Shown piece by piece: positions 25,395-34,287 of a DNA stretch of 40,070 nucleotides. Positions within the stretch are counted from its first letter, which is position 1; every line of letters starts with the position of its first letter. This DNA is from Actinomycetota bacterium. Lineage in GTDB: Bacteria > Actinomycetota > Actinomycetes > Nanopelagicales > Nanopelagicaceae. The DNA is taken from contig JBEGNC010000118.1 of assembly GCA_041182705.1 (NCBI GenBank), positions 1-40,070 on the forward strand, written 5' to 3'. The notes below the pieces were generated by a model. That model saw only the letters and a list, made by a program, of their open reading frames with translations, did no database searches and was not told the DNA's origin. A program made the translations under genes and the position numbers.

Positions 25395-25813
25395 ATGTAT
25401 CTGAGATCATCAAGACCCTTGGGCTTACTCCACTTGAGGGCGAGGGTGGTCTTTGGCGCGAGATCTACCGAGATGAAGCAAGCAACGCCATATATTTCGC
25501 CATGTCCGCACCAGATTTCTCGGCTTGGCATCGAATCGAGGAGCCCGAACTCTGGATACATATCGCGGGCGGCCCGACTGATCTCCATCTCATCGAATCG
25601 GGCGAATTGCGCACAATCAGGTTAGACCGCGACTCTGGCGAATTCGCATATCGAGTTCCACCCCGGACCTGGATGGCCGCCTCACCGGTTAAGGATTGGT
25701 CGCTCCAAATCTGCGCTTTGACCCCAGCGTTTTCCGGTATGGAGCTAGCCTCGCGCGCAGAACTGGAGCGAGAGTTTCCCAATCTAAATCTGCCAGGATT
25801 GTTCCATGAGTAA
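25391..25813 (+). CDS. DUF985 (cupin_5) family protein of unknown function
   Basis: LEGEGGLWREIYR, SAWHRIEEPELWIHIAGGP and ICALTPAFSGMELA match the DUF985 cupin pattern as I remember it. The GTG start overlaps the mtaD stop (GTGA). Confidence 0.65.
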   Translation: MNVSEIIKTLGLTPLEGEGGLWREIYRDEASNAIYFAMSAPDFSAWHRIEEPELWIHIAGGPTDLHLIESGELRTIRLDRDSGEFAYRVPPRTWMAASPVKDWSLQICALTPAFSGMELASRAELEREFPNLNLPGLFHE

Positions 25814-26504
25814 ACCAAAGGTATTGATAACTGGCGCAAGCGGTTTGATTGGTAAATCCATGGTCGCTCACTTCCTAAATCAAGGATGGTCGGTGATTGC
25901 GCAAGTAAATGGAAATGGTGAGCGCTTGGCTGAAGTTTCTAATCAGATAGAAATCATCAAGAGCGATCTTTCGATACCTGGGAATGGAACTGCTTTGATT
26001 AACCAGCTTGATAATCTCGAGTTGGTCGTAAACAATGCAGCTGACCAGTCTGTTATCCAACCGACTGAACTACGCACCGAGGCAATCGAGGCGATGTTTC
26101 GCGTTAATCTCTTTGCACCACTTGAGATCATCGCTGCAGCGCGCTCGAAAGGTGTTCGAACCTGTATCAACATCTCCTCAATAGAGGCTCACTCCGCCCG
26201 TGCGGGCCACGAGATTTATGGCGCAAGTAAGGCGGCGCTGGAATCGATTACCAAGAGCCTCTCGGTCGCCTTTGCTCCAATGCGGATCAATGGGGTTCGA
26301 CTTGGCTTGGTTGGTGAACCAAGTATCGAATCTCGCTGGCCAGATGGCGTAGTCGCCTGGCAAAACGCTGTACCAAGTAAGCGATACGCCTCGCCAGATG
26401 AGGTTGCAAAGTTCGTCCATGCGATATCTACCGACTCATTTGATTACACGACGGGGGCCATCTTCGATTTCGATGGCGGGAAGAGCGCTAGCGCCGGCTG
26501 GTAA
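25806..26504 (+). CDS. SDR family oxidoreductase
   Basis: It has TGASGLIGKS, NNAA and YGASKAA (YxxxK). The size is 232 aa, and it has an 8-nt overlap with the cupin gene. Confidence 0.85.
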   Translation: MSKPKVLITGASGLIGKSMVAHFLNQGWSVIAQVNGNGERLAEVSNQIEIIKSDLSIPGNGTALINQLDNLELVVNNAADQSVIQPTELRTEAIEAMFRVNLFAPLEIIAAARSKGVRTCINISSIEAHSARAGHEIYGASKAALESITKSLSVAFAPMRINGVRLGLVGEPSIESRWPDGVVAWQNAVPSKRYASPDEVAKFVHAISTDSFDYTTGAIFDFDGGKSASAGW

Positions 26505-27447
26505 GAGCCTGTATTTCGCTGGTTATACGCCGCTTCAATTCACTACTGGCCCCAGCGCCAAATTGGACCTTAAGACCATCGTTCTTGAAGGTGTAACGCC
26601 GCCCAAAGATCCCGCTTTCATCGATGATATCCACCAACATGTCATCTTCCAGGGCTGCCCGAACTAATTGGGCGATCGGCTTTCGCAACTCCTTCTGCAC
26701 TACAGCCAAGACCCTTGGATATTCCGGAGTGAGTCGAATAAAGAATTGGTCCGGACTCCTACCGACATACCAAATCGTCCGCTTCTGACTTGCGATGAAG
26801 GTGTAAAGCGAAGCATCTTGATCCCACATTGAATATACGACATCTATCCCTTTGAGATTCGCCTCAAGCAGATTGGGGTTGCCTTGATAATTGAACTCCT
26901 TTACGGCGATACCTTTGCCGATTCGTGTTGCGCCACGTTTGAATTGGGCTACTTGTTCCATAGTTCCATTTATGATTGCAATCTTCTTTCGCTTTGTCTG
27001 ACTAGCTGAGATAGCGCCAGCGATAAAAGCGATTTCTTCCTCATCAAAATAGATATTGGAGATTCCAAGCGAGTCCAAAGTGCGATCGTTGATCGGCGCA
27101 AACTGCACTAGTGGATACTCTTGGGAGACCCGTCGCACGGTTTCGCGATATCCAGAACCGACTGTGATGATTAGTGTGTAACCACTCTTGGCTAGGAATC
27201 TTAGTCGCGACAAACGGTCGACTGCCGTGCCGCTTGTTGGAATCTCGCGAATGAATGGTTCGACCAAGTTATTGCGCTTGGCAGCTGCTAAAAATGCTTG
27301 ATGTACCGCATCATTAAATCCATTATCACCGAGGAAACCGATGTCGTAAGCCACGGCGATCTTCGGAACCGACTCTTCCGCCGCGCCAGCCAGGGGAAGA
27401 TTGGTCGCAACCAATAGTGCGACAGAAGCGATGGCCTTAAATCGCAT
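26488..27447 (-). CDS. divergent BMP-family (periplasmic-binding-protein-like) secreted protein without a lipobox
   Basis: It has a signal-like N-terminus (MRFKAIASVALLVATNLPLAGAAEE, no Cys), the BMP-like motif GDNGFNDAV and a size of 319 aa. No cognate permease or ATPase is adjacent. Confidence 0.6.
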   Translation of the reverse strand: MRFKAIASVALLVATNLPLAGAAEESVPKIAVAYDIGFLGDNGFNDAVHQAFLAAAKRNNLVEPFIREIPTSGTAVDRLSRLRFLAKSGYTLIITVGSGYRETVRRVSQEYPLVQFAPINDRTLDSLGISNIYFDEEEIAFIAGAISASQTKRKKIAIINGTMEQVAQFKRGATRIGKGIAVKEFNYQGNPNLLEANLKGIDVVYSMWDQDASLYTFIASQKRTIWYVGRSPDQFFIRLTPEYPRVLAVVQKELRKPIAQLVRAALEDDMLVDIIDESGIFGRRYTFKNDGLKVQFGAGASSELKRRITSEIQALTSRR

Positions 27448-27452
27448 CTTGG

Positions 27453-28460
27453 TTATCTGCGCCAGGGGCCAGGAACCAGTCCGAGCGCGTCATAAACCCG
27501 ATTCAAGGTATCGCTAGCGACCTCTCGGGCCTTCTCGCTTCCGGCATTTAACTGGCGCTGTAATTCTGCCGGATCGGCGAGCAACTCAGCGGCTCGCTCT
27601 CGAACCGGTGCGAAATAACTGGTTACTACCTCGGCTACGGCGCCCTTGAAATCACCATAACCCTTACCTTGGAATTCCGTCTCCAGGTCGGCGATCTTCT
27701 TCCCTGATAGGGCCGAGTGAATTGTCAAAAGATTTGAGATTCCGGGCTTGTTCTTCTCATCAAATTTGATCTCTTTACCGGTATCGGTAACAGCGCTCTT
27801 GATCTTCTTGGCATTCACATCAGTTCCATCCAGGATATCAATGACGCCTGAATTGGATGTTGCAGATTTACTCATCTTCGCCATCGGATCTTGCAAGTCA
27901 TTTATCTTCGCACCACTCTTGATGATATGTGCATCCGGGATTCGAAATACCTCGCCGAAGCGGCTATTGAATCGTTGGGCTAGATCGCGCGTCAATTCGA
28001 TATGTTGCCGCTGATCCTCGCCGACCGGGACTTGATGAGCCTGGTAGAGCAAGATGTCAGCTGCTTGCAACATTGGATATGTGAAGAGTCCGACTACGGT
28101 GCGATCTGCGCCAGATTTCTGTGACTTATCCTTGAATTGGGTCATGCGACTCGCTTCACCAAACCCGGTAATGCACTCAAAAATCCAACCAAGTTGGTTG
28201 TGCTCAGGAAGATGTGACTGGACGAAGAGTGTGCACTTCTGTGGATCCAAACCGAGAGCAATCAACTGAGCGCCAGCCGCAAGTGTCCGCTTCCTAAGTA
28301 GTTCTGGTTCCGTCTCAACGGTTAGCGCGTGGAGATCCACGATGCAGTAGAAGGCATCGTTGCCCTCCTGCAATTCAACCCATTGCTTTACGGCGCCCAA
28401 GTAATTGCCGAGGTGGAGCGACTCAGCGGTCGGCTGGATTCCAGAGAGGATGCGCTTCAT
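27453..28460 (-). CDS. trpS: tryptophan--tRNA ligase
   Basis: It has the class I motifs HLGNYLG (HIGH-type) and KMSKS. The size is 335 aa. Confidence 0.95.
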   Translation of the reverse strand: MKRILSGIQPTAESLHLGNYLGAVKQWVELQEGNDAFYCIVDLHALTVETEPELLRKRTLAAGAQLIALGLDPQKCTLFVQSHLPEHNQLGWIFECITGFGEASRMTQFKDKSQKSGADRTVVGLFTYPMLQAADILLYQAHQVPVGEDQRQHIELTRDLAQRFNSRFGEVFRIPDAHIIKSGAKINDLQDPMAKMSKSATSNSGVIDILDGTDVNAKKIKSAVTDTGKEIKFDEKNKPGISNLLTIHSALSGKKIADLETEFQGKGYGDFKGAVAEVVTSYFAPVRERAAELLADPAELQRQLNAGSEKAREVASDTLNRVYDALGLVPGPWRR

Positions 28461-28472
28461 CCACTAATCCTC

Positions 28473-29771
28473 TCAATTCTCGGTTCTAGTAAGGAGCAAC
28501 AAGCCGGCTCGCTTGCCCTCCATAGAGCGAACTCTGATGCTGGCACCAGGTAACTCCAAGTGATCATCTACCTTTGGAATGCGCCCAAGCTGGTGCATGA
28601 CGTATCCGCTCAACGTCTCATAAGGACCCTCTGGGACCTCGACGCCGGTCTCCTCGGCTAGATCCTCGAGGGAGATCAGACCATCAATCTCATACTCACC
28701 CAACTTAGGTGTATTTGATACTTCCGAGCTCTGTACATCGTATTCATCATGGATATCGCCAATCAGGGTCTCCACGAGATCCTCGAGCGTGACGATTCCA
28801 TCGGTTCCGCCATACTCATCAAGGACGATTGCAATCTGTTGTCGCTGCGATCTCATCTCAGTCAGCGCCGGGAGCACGCCTTTAGTGCCGGGCAAGAAGA
28901 GGATTGGACGAGCTAGATCCATCACCGACTTCTTATCTGGAGCATCGAGTAAATCGCGAACATGGATAAAGCCGATTACTTCATCGGAACTACCTCGAAC
29001 AACTGGGTATCGAGAATGCGACTTATCGATCGCGATTGCGGTCGCTTGACCAAGTGTCAAACTCGCATCGAGGAAATCAACTTCGGTTCGCGGCACCATT
29101 ACCTCGTGAACTTGTCGCTCACTCGCATTGAAGACCTCTTCGACGATATCTCGTTCTTCCTCGGTGAGCGCCTTATGCCCAGTTACAAGATCGACCAACT
29201 CCTCTTCGGAGATTTCCGCGCGGGAAGCTTTTGGATCGATACCAAGCGCGCGCAGGATTAGATCTGAAGAATGTGACAGCAACCAGATAAGCGGTTGGAA
29301 TATCCGAGCGGTGAATGAGACCGGAGCTGCTACAACTAGCGCAATCTGTTCCGATTTATGTAGCGCAATCCGCTTCGGGACAAGCTCACCTAAGACTAGT
29401 GAGAAATAGGCAATCACCAGAGTAAGTAATACGAGAGAAAGTCCGGCAGCAACGCCATCACTTAGACCGGCATCCGCTAGAACCGGGATCAGGTAATCGC
29501 CGAGTTGATCGGCGCCAAATGCGGCAGAGAGGAATCCGGATAGGGTCACACCAACCTGAACGGCGGCGAGGAATCGGTTGGGGTGGCCGGCCAGTTCCGC
29601 CACTTTGCGTCCGCGGCGACCGCGCTCGCTAAGGGCCTTCACTTGACCCTCACGCAGTGAGATTAGGGCGATCTCAGCGGCTACGAATAGAGCGCCGAGG
29701 CCGATAAAGAAGAATACGACGAATAGGTCGATAGCGAGGCTACCGACCGAAAAGGCACCATCGGGGTCCAT
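28473..29771 (-). CDS. CNNM/CorC-HlyC family membrane protein (DUF21 + CBS pair + CorC_HlyC)
   Basis: It has four N-terminal TM helices, a central CBS-pair region and a C-terminal transporter-associated domain. The size is 432 aa. Confidence 0.8.
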   Translation of the reverse strand: MDPDGAFSVGSLAIDLFVVFFFIGLGALFVAAEIALISLREGQVKALSERGRRGRKVAELAGHPNRFLAAVQVGVTLSGFLSAAFGADQLGDYLIPVLADAGLSDGVAAGLSLVLLTLVIAYFSLVLGELVPKRIALHKSEQIALVVAAPVSFTARIFQPLIWLLSHSSDLILRALGIDPKASRAEISEEELVDLVTGHKALTEEERDIVEEVFNASERQVHEVMVPRTEVDFLDASLTLGQATAIAIDKSHSRYPVVRGSSDEVIGFIHVRDLLDAPDKKSVMDLARPILFLPGTKGVLPALTEMRSQRQQIAIVLDEYGGTDGIVTLEDLVETLIGDIHDEYDVQSSEVSNTPKLGEYEIDGLISLEDLAEETGVEVPEGPYETLSGYVMHQLGRIPKVDDHLELPGASIRVRSMEGKRAGLLLLTRTEN

Positions 29772-29857
29772 AGAGTCGATAAGGGTACCGAAGGGTGGAA
29801 ATCCCCGCAGCCACCCTCTTCCCTCACGCGGGACTCTCGCCTAATCTTCGCCAATCC

Positions 29858-29913
29858 GCACTTCATCCAACGGACCGTCGGGCACGTACCTGCCCGGAGA
29901 AGGAAGGAAGAAA
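29858..29913 (+). ncRNA. structured 5' leader of msiK (candidate msiK RNA motif)
   Basis: A GC hairpin CGGGCA/TGCCCG (29879-29884 with 29891-29896) lies immediately 5' of the purine-rich SD tract GGAGAAGGAAGGAAG. An upstream pyrimidine tract CTTCATCC (29861-29868) is complementary to parts of that SD tract. A conserved msiK 5'-UTR motif is known in Actinobacteria, but I cannot verify a match to its covariance model. Confidence 0.35.
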
Positions 29914-30996
29914 ATGGCTTCAGTCGTATTCAAAGATGCCTCCCGCATCTATCCGGGAACAACCACCCCAGCCGTCGATAAATTGAATCTCACCGTCAAT
30001 GATGGTGAATTCCTCGTACTTGTCGGACCATCTGGCTGCGGAAAGTCAACATCACTTCGCATGCTTGCTGGTCTTGAAGAGATCGATACCGGCGCAATCT
30101 TCATTGGTGACCGAGATGTCACAAATGTTGCGCCGAAGGATCGCGATATCGCGATGGTATTCCAGTCTTACGCGCTCTATCCGCATATGACGGTCGCAGA
30201 GAATATGGGCTTCGCTCTCAAGATTGCTGGCGTAGCTAAAGAAGAGCGTGAACGTCGCGTACTTGAAGCAGCCAAGTTACTTGATCTTGAACCATATCTA
30301 GAGCGCAAACCGAAGGCGCTCTCAGGTGGTCAGCGTCAGCGCGTCGCAATGGGCCGCGCAATCGTCCGCGAACCACAGGTCTTCTTGATGGATGAACCGC
30401 TTTCAAACCTTGATGCGAAGTTGCGCGTTGCAACTCGTACCCAGATCGCAGCGCTCCAGCGCCGACTTGGAATCACTACTGTGTATGTGACACACGATCA
30501 GGTCGAAGCTATGACCATGGGTGATCGCGTGGCTGTCCTCAAAGATGGCTTACTCCAGCAAGTTGATACCCCACGTAATCTCTACGATCGTCCGGCAAAT
30601 GCCTTCGTAGCTGGCTTCATCGGATCACCTGCGATGAATCTTCTAGTAGCACCAGTTGCAGGCGGTAAGGCGAAGCTAGGACATCTAGAGCTCGACGTTC
30701 CAGCGAAGGCAGGAAATTCGGTAATCGTCGGTATCCGCCCAGAAGGCTTCACTCCTTCTTCTAAGGGCTTTGAGATCGAGGTCGAAGTCGTCGAAGAACT
30801 TGGCGCTGATGCCTTCGTCTACGGCAAGCCAATCGATAGCGCTGTGAAATTCAACAACGCCAGCGATGAGGGAGCACAAGTCATCGTTCGTTGGGATCCA
30901 AAGAGCCCACCGAAGGCTGGTCAGACTGTGACCGTATCGGCTAAGGCTGACGCGGTACATCTATTCAACGCCGCCAATGGCGAGCGCATTAATTAA
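29914..30996 (+). CDS. msiK: sugar ABC transporter ATP-binding protein, MsiK/MalK/UgpC type (orphan ATPase shared by CUT1 importers)
   Basis: It has Walker A GPSGCGKST, the signature LSGGQRQR and Walker B FLMDEPLSNLD, plus a C-terminal regulatory (TOBE-like) domain. There are no adjacent permease genes. Confidence 0.85.
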   Translation: MASVVFKDASRIYPGTTTPAVDKLNLTVNDGEFLVLVGPSGCGKSTSLRMLAGLEEIDTGAIFIGDRDVTNVAPKDRDIAMVFQSYALYPHMTVAENMGFALKIAGVAKEERERRVLEAAKLLDLEPYLERKPKALSGGQRQRVAMGRAIVREPQVFLMDEPLSNLDAKLRVATRTQIAALQRRLGITTVYVTHDQVEAMTMGDRVAVLKDGLLQQVDTPRNLYDRPANAFVAGFIGSPAMNLLVAPVAGGKAKLGHLELDVPAKAGNSVIVGIRPEGFTPSSKGFEIEVEVVEELGADAFVYGKPIDSAVKFNNASDEGAQVIVRWDPKSPPKAGQTVTVSAKADAVHLFNAANGERIN

Positions 30997-31009
30997 TAAC
31001 TAGTAATAG

Positions 31010-31037
31010 AAAAGGCCCCCAACTGGGGGCCTTTTTC
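31010..31037. terminator. bidirectional intrinsic terminator between convergent msiK and icd
   Basis: AAAAGGCCCCC-AACT-GGGGGCCTTTT forms a perfect 11-bp stem including the A/T flanks. The flanks give U-runs on both strands. Confidence 0.85.
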
Positions 31038-31047
31038 ATATCAATAC

Positions 31048-32262
31048 CTACTTCATTACCTTCTGGAGATTCTCGTCTATTGCCGTCAAGAACTCCTGGG
31101 TGTTCAACCAGGGCGCATCGTTGCTGATCAGAAGTGCAAGATCCTTGGTCATCTTTCCACTCTCAACCGTCGCGATGCATACCCGCTCGAGATCGCTTGC
31201 AAATTTCGCAAGCTCTGGAGTGTTATCCAATTTGGCGCGATGCTGCAAACCTTGAGTCCAGGCGAAGATAGATGCGATCGGATTGGTCGAGGTTGGTTTA
31301 CCAGCTTGGTGATCGCGGTAGTGACGAGTCACGGTGCCGTGCGCTGCTTCAGCTTCTACTGTGCGACCATCTGGTGACATCAATACCGAGGTCATTAGAC
31401 CTAGCGAACCATAACCTTGTGCGACGGTGTCAGATTGGACATCGCCATCATAATTCTTACAAGCCCAGATATAGCCACCCTCCCAACGGAGCGAGGTAGC
31501 GACCATGTCGTCGATTAATCGATGGTCATATTCCAAGCCATTCTTTGCGAATTCATCCTTGAATTCACTCTCGAAGATTTCCGCAAAGATATCCTTAAAG
31601 CGTCCATCGTAAGCTTTCAAGATGGTGTTCTTAGTCGATAGATAGACCGGATACTTACGAGCCAACCCATAGTTGAATGACGCGCGGGCGAAATCACGGA
31701 TTGACTCATCCAAGTTATACATCGCCATCGCGACGCCAGAGCTTGGGAAATCGAAGACGTTGAACTCCATCGGCTTTGATCCATCCGCCGGTGTGAAAGT
31801 GACCGTCAATTTTCCAGCACCAGGTACTTTGAAGTCAGTTGCACGATATTGATCTCCGAAGGCATGGCGACCGATAACAATCGGCTTGCTCCAGTGTGGG
31901 ATCAACCTTGGTACGTTCTTGATGATGATCGGCTCACGGAAGATGACGCCACCCAAGATATTACGGATGGTTCCATTAGGTGACTTCCACATCTGCTTCA
32001 GGCCGAACTCCTTAACCCGAGCCTCATCTGGGGTGATGGTTGCGCACTTAACGCCGACGCCATGCTTCCTTATAGCGTTTGCGCAATCGATTGTGACCTG
32101 GTCATTGGTCGCATCGCGATGCTGGATTCCTAGGTCGTAATACTCAAGGTTTATATCTAGATAAGGGAGGATCAATTGTTTCTTGATGAAATCCCAAATG
32201 ATGCGGGTCATTTCATCGCCGTCTAATTCAACGACGGTTCCTTCTACCTTGATCTTGCTCAT
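31048..32262 (-). CDS. icd: NADP-dependent isocitrate dehydrogenase, homodimeric type II (eukaryote-like, ~404 aa)
   Basis: It has the N-terminal [21 protein letters not shown] and [14 protein letters not shown], characteristic of IDH1/2-like enzymes. Confidence 0.9.
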   Translation of the reverse strand: MSKIKVEGTVVELDGDEMTRIIWDFIKKQLILPYLDINLEYYDLGIQHRDATNDQVTIDCANAIRKHGVGVKCATITPDEARVKEFGLKQMWKSPNGTIRNILGGVIFREPIIIKNVPRLIPHWSKPIVIGRHAFGDQYRATDFKVPGAGKLTVTFTPADGSKPMEFNVFDFPSSGVAMAMYNLDESIRDFARASFNYGLARKYPVYLSTKNTILKAYDGRFKDIFAEIFESEFKDEFAKNGLEYDHRLIDDMVATSLRWEGGYIWACKNYDGDVQSDTVAQGYGSLGLMTSVLMSPDGRTVEAEAAHGTVTRHYRDHQAGKPTSTNPIASIFAWTQGLQHRAKLDNTPELAKFASDLERVCIATVESGKMTKDLALLISNDAPWLNTQEFLTAIDENLQKVMK

Positions 32263-32273
32263 TGCATCCTCTC

Positions 32274-33230
32274 CTATAGGTCTTTCACATCAGCTTGCTT
32301 CGTGCGTACCGCTTCCGCAGCCTTCTTCAAATCCTCCAACTCAGCCGAGCTAAGTGAGCTCTCGACTACGTTGACTACCCCGGAGCGACCAATCTCTGCT
32401 TCGACGCCGAGATATACGCCAGAGATTCCATATTCACCATCCACCCAGGCGCAGACCGGCAACACCGTGCGGGCATCCTCGATTACGGCACGCGCCATCC
32501 GGGCCGCAGCCGCTGAAGGAGCGTAATAAGCCGAACCAGTCTTCAGTAGCGCAACGATCTCAGCGCCACCATTTCGAGTTCGCGTAACCAATTCTTCGAT
32601 CTCAGCTGCGCTCAATAACTCACTCAGCGGCTTGCCGTTAACAGTGCAACGACTTGGGACTGGGACCATCGTCTCGCCATGCGACCCAAGCGTCAGCGTC
32701 TTCACGCTTGCAACAGGTACTCTGAGTTTCTCAGCAACGAAATCCGTGAAGCGAGCTGTATCTAACATTCCCGCTTGACCCATCACTCGATTATGTGGGA
32801 ACTTCGATGCAATCTGGGCAAGAGCAGTCATCTCATCTAGCGGATTGGAAACGACGATCAATACAGCATTCGGTGAATGCTTAGCGATGTTCTCTGCAAC
32901 GCCACGCACAATGCCTGCATTTACGCCGATGAGATCCATCCGGCTCATTCCCGGCTTGCGCGGCAACCCAGCGGTTATTACTACAACATCTGAATTCGCT
33001 GTTGCTTCATACCCTGCGCCATCGGCGGTAGTGGTCTGGCCGATTACTTTCGTCTCAAAGCCCTCAATCGAACGAGATTGATTGATATCTAGCGCGAGAC
33101 CTTCTGGTTTGCCATCCACGATATCGGTGATGACCACAGTCTCGAGGATGTCGTATTCAGCTAGTCGAAGAGCGGTAGTGGAGCCATAAAAACCGGCGCC
33201 AACAACAGTTACTTTCCCGGATCTACTCAT
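32274..33230 (-). CDS. mdh: malate dehydrogenase, LDH-like type
   Basis: It has GAGFYG and the substrate loop [13 protein letters not shown], where Arg in the PRKPG context indicates MDH rather than LDH. The size is 318 aa. Confidence 0.9.
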   Translation of the reverse strand: MSRSGKVTVVGAGFYGSTTALRLAEYDILETVVITDIVDGKPEGLALDINQSRSIEGFETKVIGQTTTADGAGYEATANSDVVVITAGLPRKPGMSRMDLIGVNAGIVRGVAENIAKHSPNAVLIVVSNPLDEMTALAQIASKFPHNRVMGQAGMLDTARFTDFVAEKLRVPVASVKTLTLGSHGETMVPVPSRCTVNGKPLSELLSAAEIEELVTRTRNGGAEIVALLKTGSAYYAPSAAAARMARAVIEDARTVLPVCAWVDGEYGISGVYLGVEAEIGRSGVVNVVESSLSSAELEDLKKAAEAVRTKQADVKDL

Positions 33231-33247
33231 GGCGGCAAACCTACCGG

Positions 33248-33454
33248 CTACCTCCGGGGCAGCGCCAATGCGACTGTAATCAGGGACACAATCATGGCCA
33301 TGGCCATTAACTTCTCGATAGCGCGAAGGCGGCGAAAGTCCGGTGCGATAAAAAGGGCGAGCGCTGCCGCCAAAGAGATTGCGCCAATTCGCACCGATAC
33401 TGCAATGGAGATGGCGATTGCCAAGAGCGCAATCAGATAGGAGATCCGCTTCAT
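33248..33454 (-). CDS. small two-TM membrane protein (DUF3017-like, commonly downstream of folD in actinobacteria)
   Basis: It is a 68-aa, strongly hydrophobic protein with a 4-nt overlap with the folD stop. The family assignment is from memory of the conserved context. Confidence 0.55.
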   Translation of the reverse strand: MKRISYLIALLAIAISIAVSVRIGAISLAAALALFIAPDFRRLRAIEKLMAMAMIVSLITVALALPRR

Positions 33455-34278
33455 TGCGCCAAATTCACGACATTTCGCAAGAGCATGGCGCGAGTCATCG
33501 GTCCGATTCCACCAGGTACCGGAGTGAATGCAGTTGCAACTTGGTGGGCTAGCGGATCGATATCTCCAACCAATCCACTCTGCTGGCGCGTCAATCCGAC
33601 GTCAATCAAGATTGCGCCAGCTTTCACCATCTCCGGCTTCAAGAAATGTGGTTTACCGAGCGCGGCTACGATCACATCCGCTCGCTTGGTGTGACTTGCT
33701 AAATCTCGAGTACCGGTATGCAGCGTGGTTACAGTCGCATTTATCTTCCTTGAGGAGAGAAGTAGCGAGAGTGGCCGGCCGACCGTCGTACCTCTACCGA
33801 TTACCGCCACCTCAGCGCCAGAAAGTTCTATTCCATTCCGACTTAAGATCTCGACGATTGCCATCGGGGTGCATGGTCGCGGCGCTGGATAATCGAGTAC
33901 TAACCGACCCAAATTGACCGGATGTAATCCATCAGCATCCTTAGTTGGATCGATCGCCTCTAAAATCTCCTGCGTATCAATGCCAGTTGGCAATGGAAGT
34001 TGGACTATGAAACCGGTGCAATTCGGCTCTTGATTGAGCCTGGTTACTGCACTTCGAATCTCGGCTTGAGTTGAATCTCCCGGAAGATCAATTCGGATGG
34101 AGTTGATACCGACCTCGGCACAATCGCGATGTTTTCCAGCGACATAAGCCGCCGAACCTGGATCATCGCCGACCAATATCGTTCCAAGCCCGGGCGCGCT
34201 CTTTAGTTGAGAGATCTCAGATTTGAGTTCACTCTTGATAGTCGCCGCCAAGGCGCGGCCATCAAGGATCTTGCTCAT
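33451..34278 (-). CDS. folD: bifunctional methylenetetrahydrofolate dehydrogenase/methenyl-THF cyclohydrolase
   Basis: It has [26 protein letters not shown] and [10 protein letters not shown]. The size is 275 aa. Confidence 0.95.
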   Translation of the reverse strand: MSKILDGRALAATIKSELKSEISQLKSAPGLGTILVGDDPGSAAYVAGKHRDCAEVGINSIRIDLPGDSTQAEIRSAVTRLNQEPNCTGFIVQLPLPTGIDTQEILEAIDPTKDADGLHPVNLGRLVLDYPAPRPCTPMAIVEILSRNGIELSGAEVAVIGRGTTVGRPLSLLLSSRKINATVTTLHTGTRDLASHTKRADVIVAALGKPHFLKPEMVKAGAILIDVGLTRQQSGLVGDIDPLAHQVATAFTPVPGGIGPMTRAMLLRNVVNLAQ

Positions 34279-34287
34279 GGCGTGATT

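Noticed and set aside
29899-29910. A short GAAGG/GGAAG purine repeat upstream of msiK, considered as a tandem repeat element.
   Set aside because: It is only about 12 nt and coincides with the ribosome-binding region. It is better explained as an extended SD tract.
34279-34287. A ZTP (pfl) or THF riboswitch upstream of folD/purH.
   Set aside because: The gaps are only 9 nt (purH-folD), and purH overlaps the perM-like gene. There is no room for a leader RNA.
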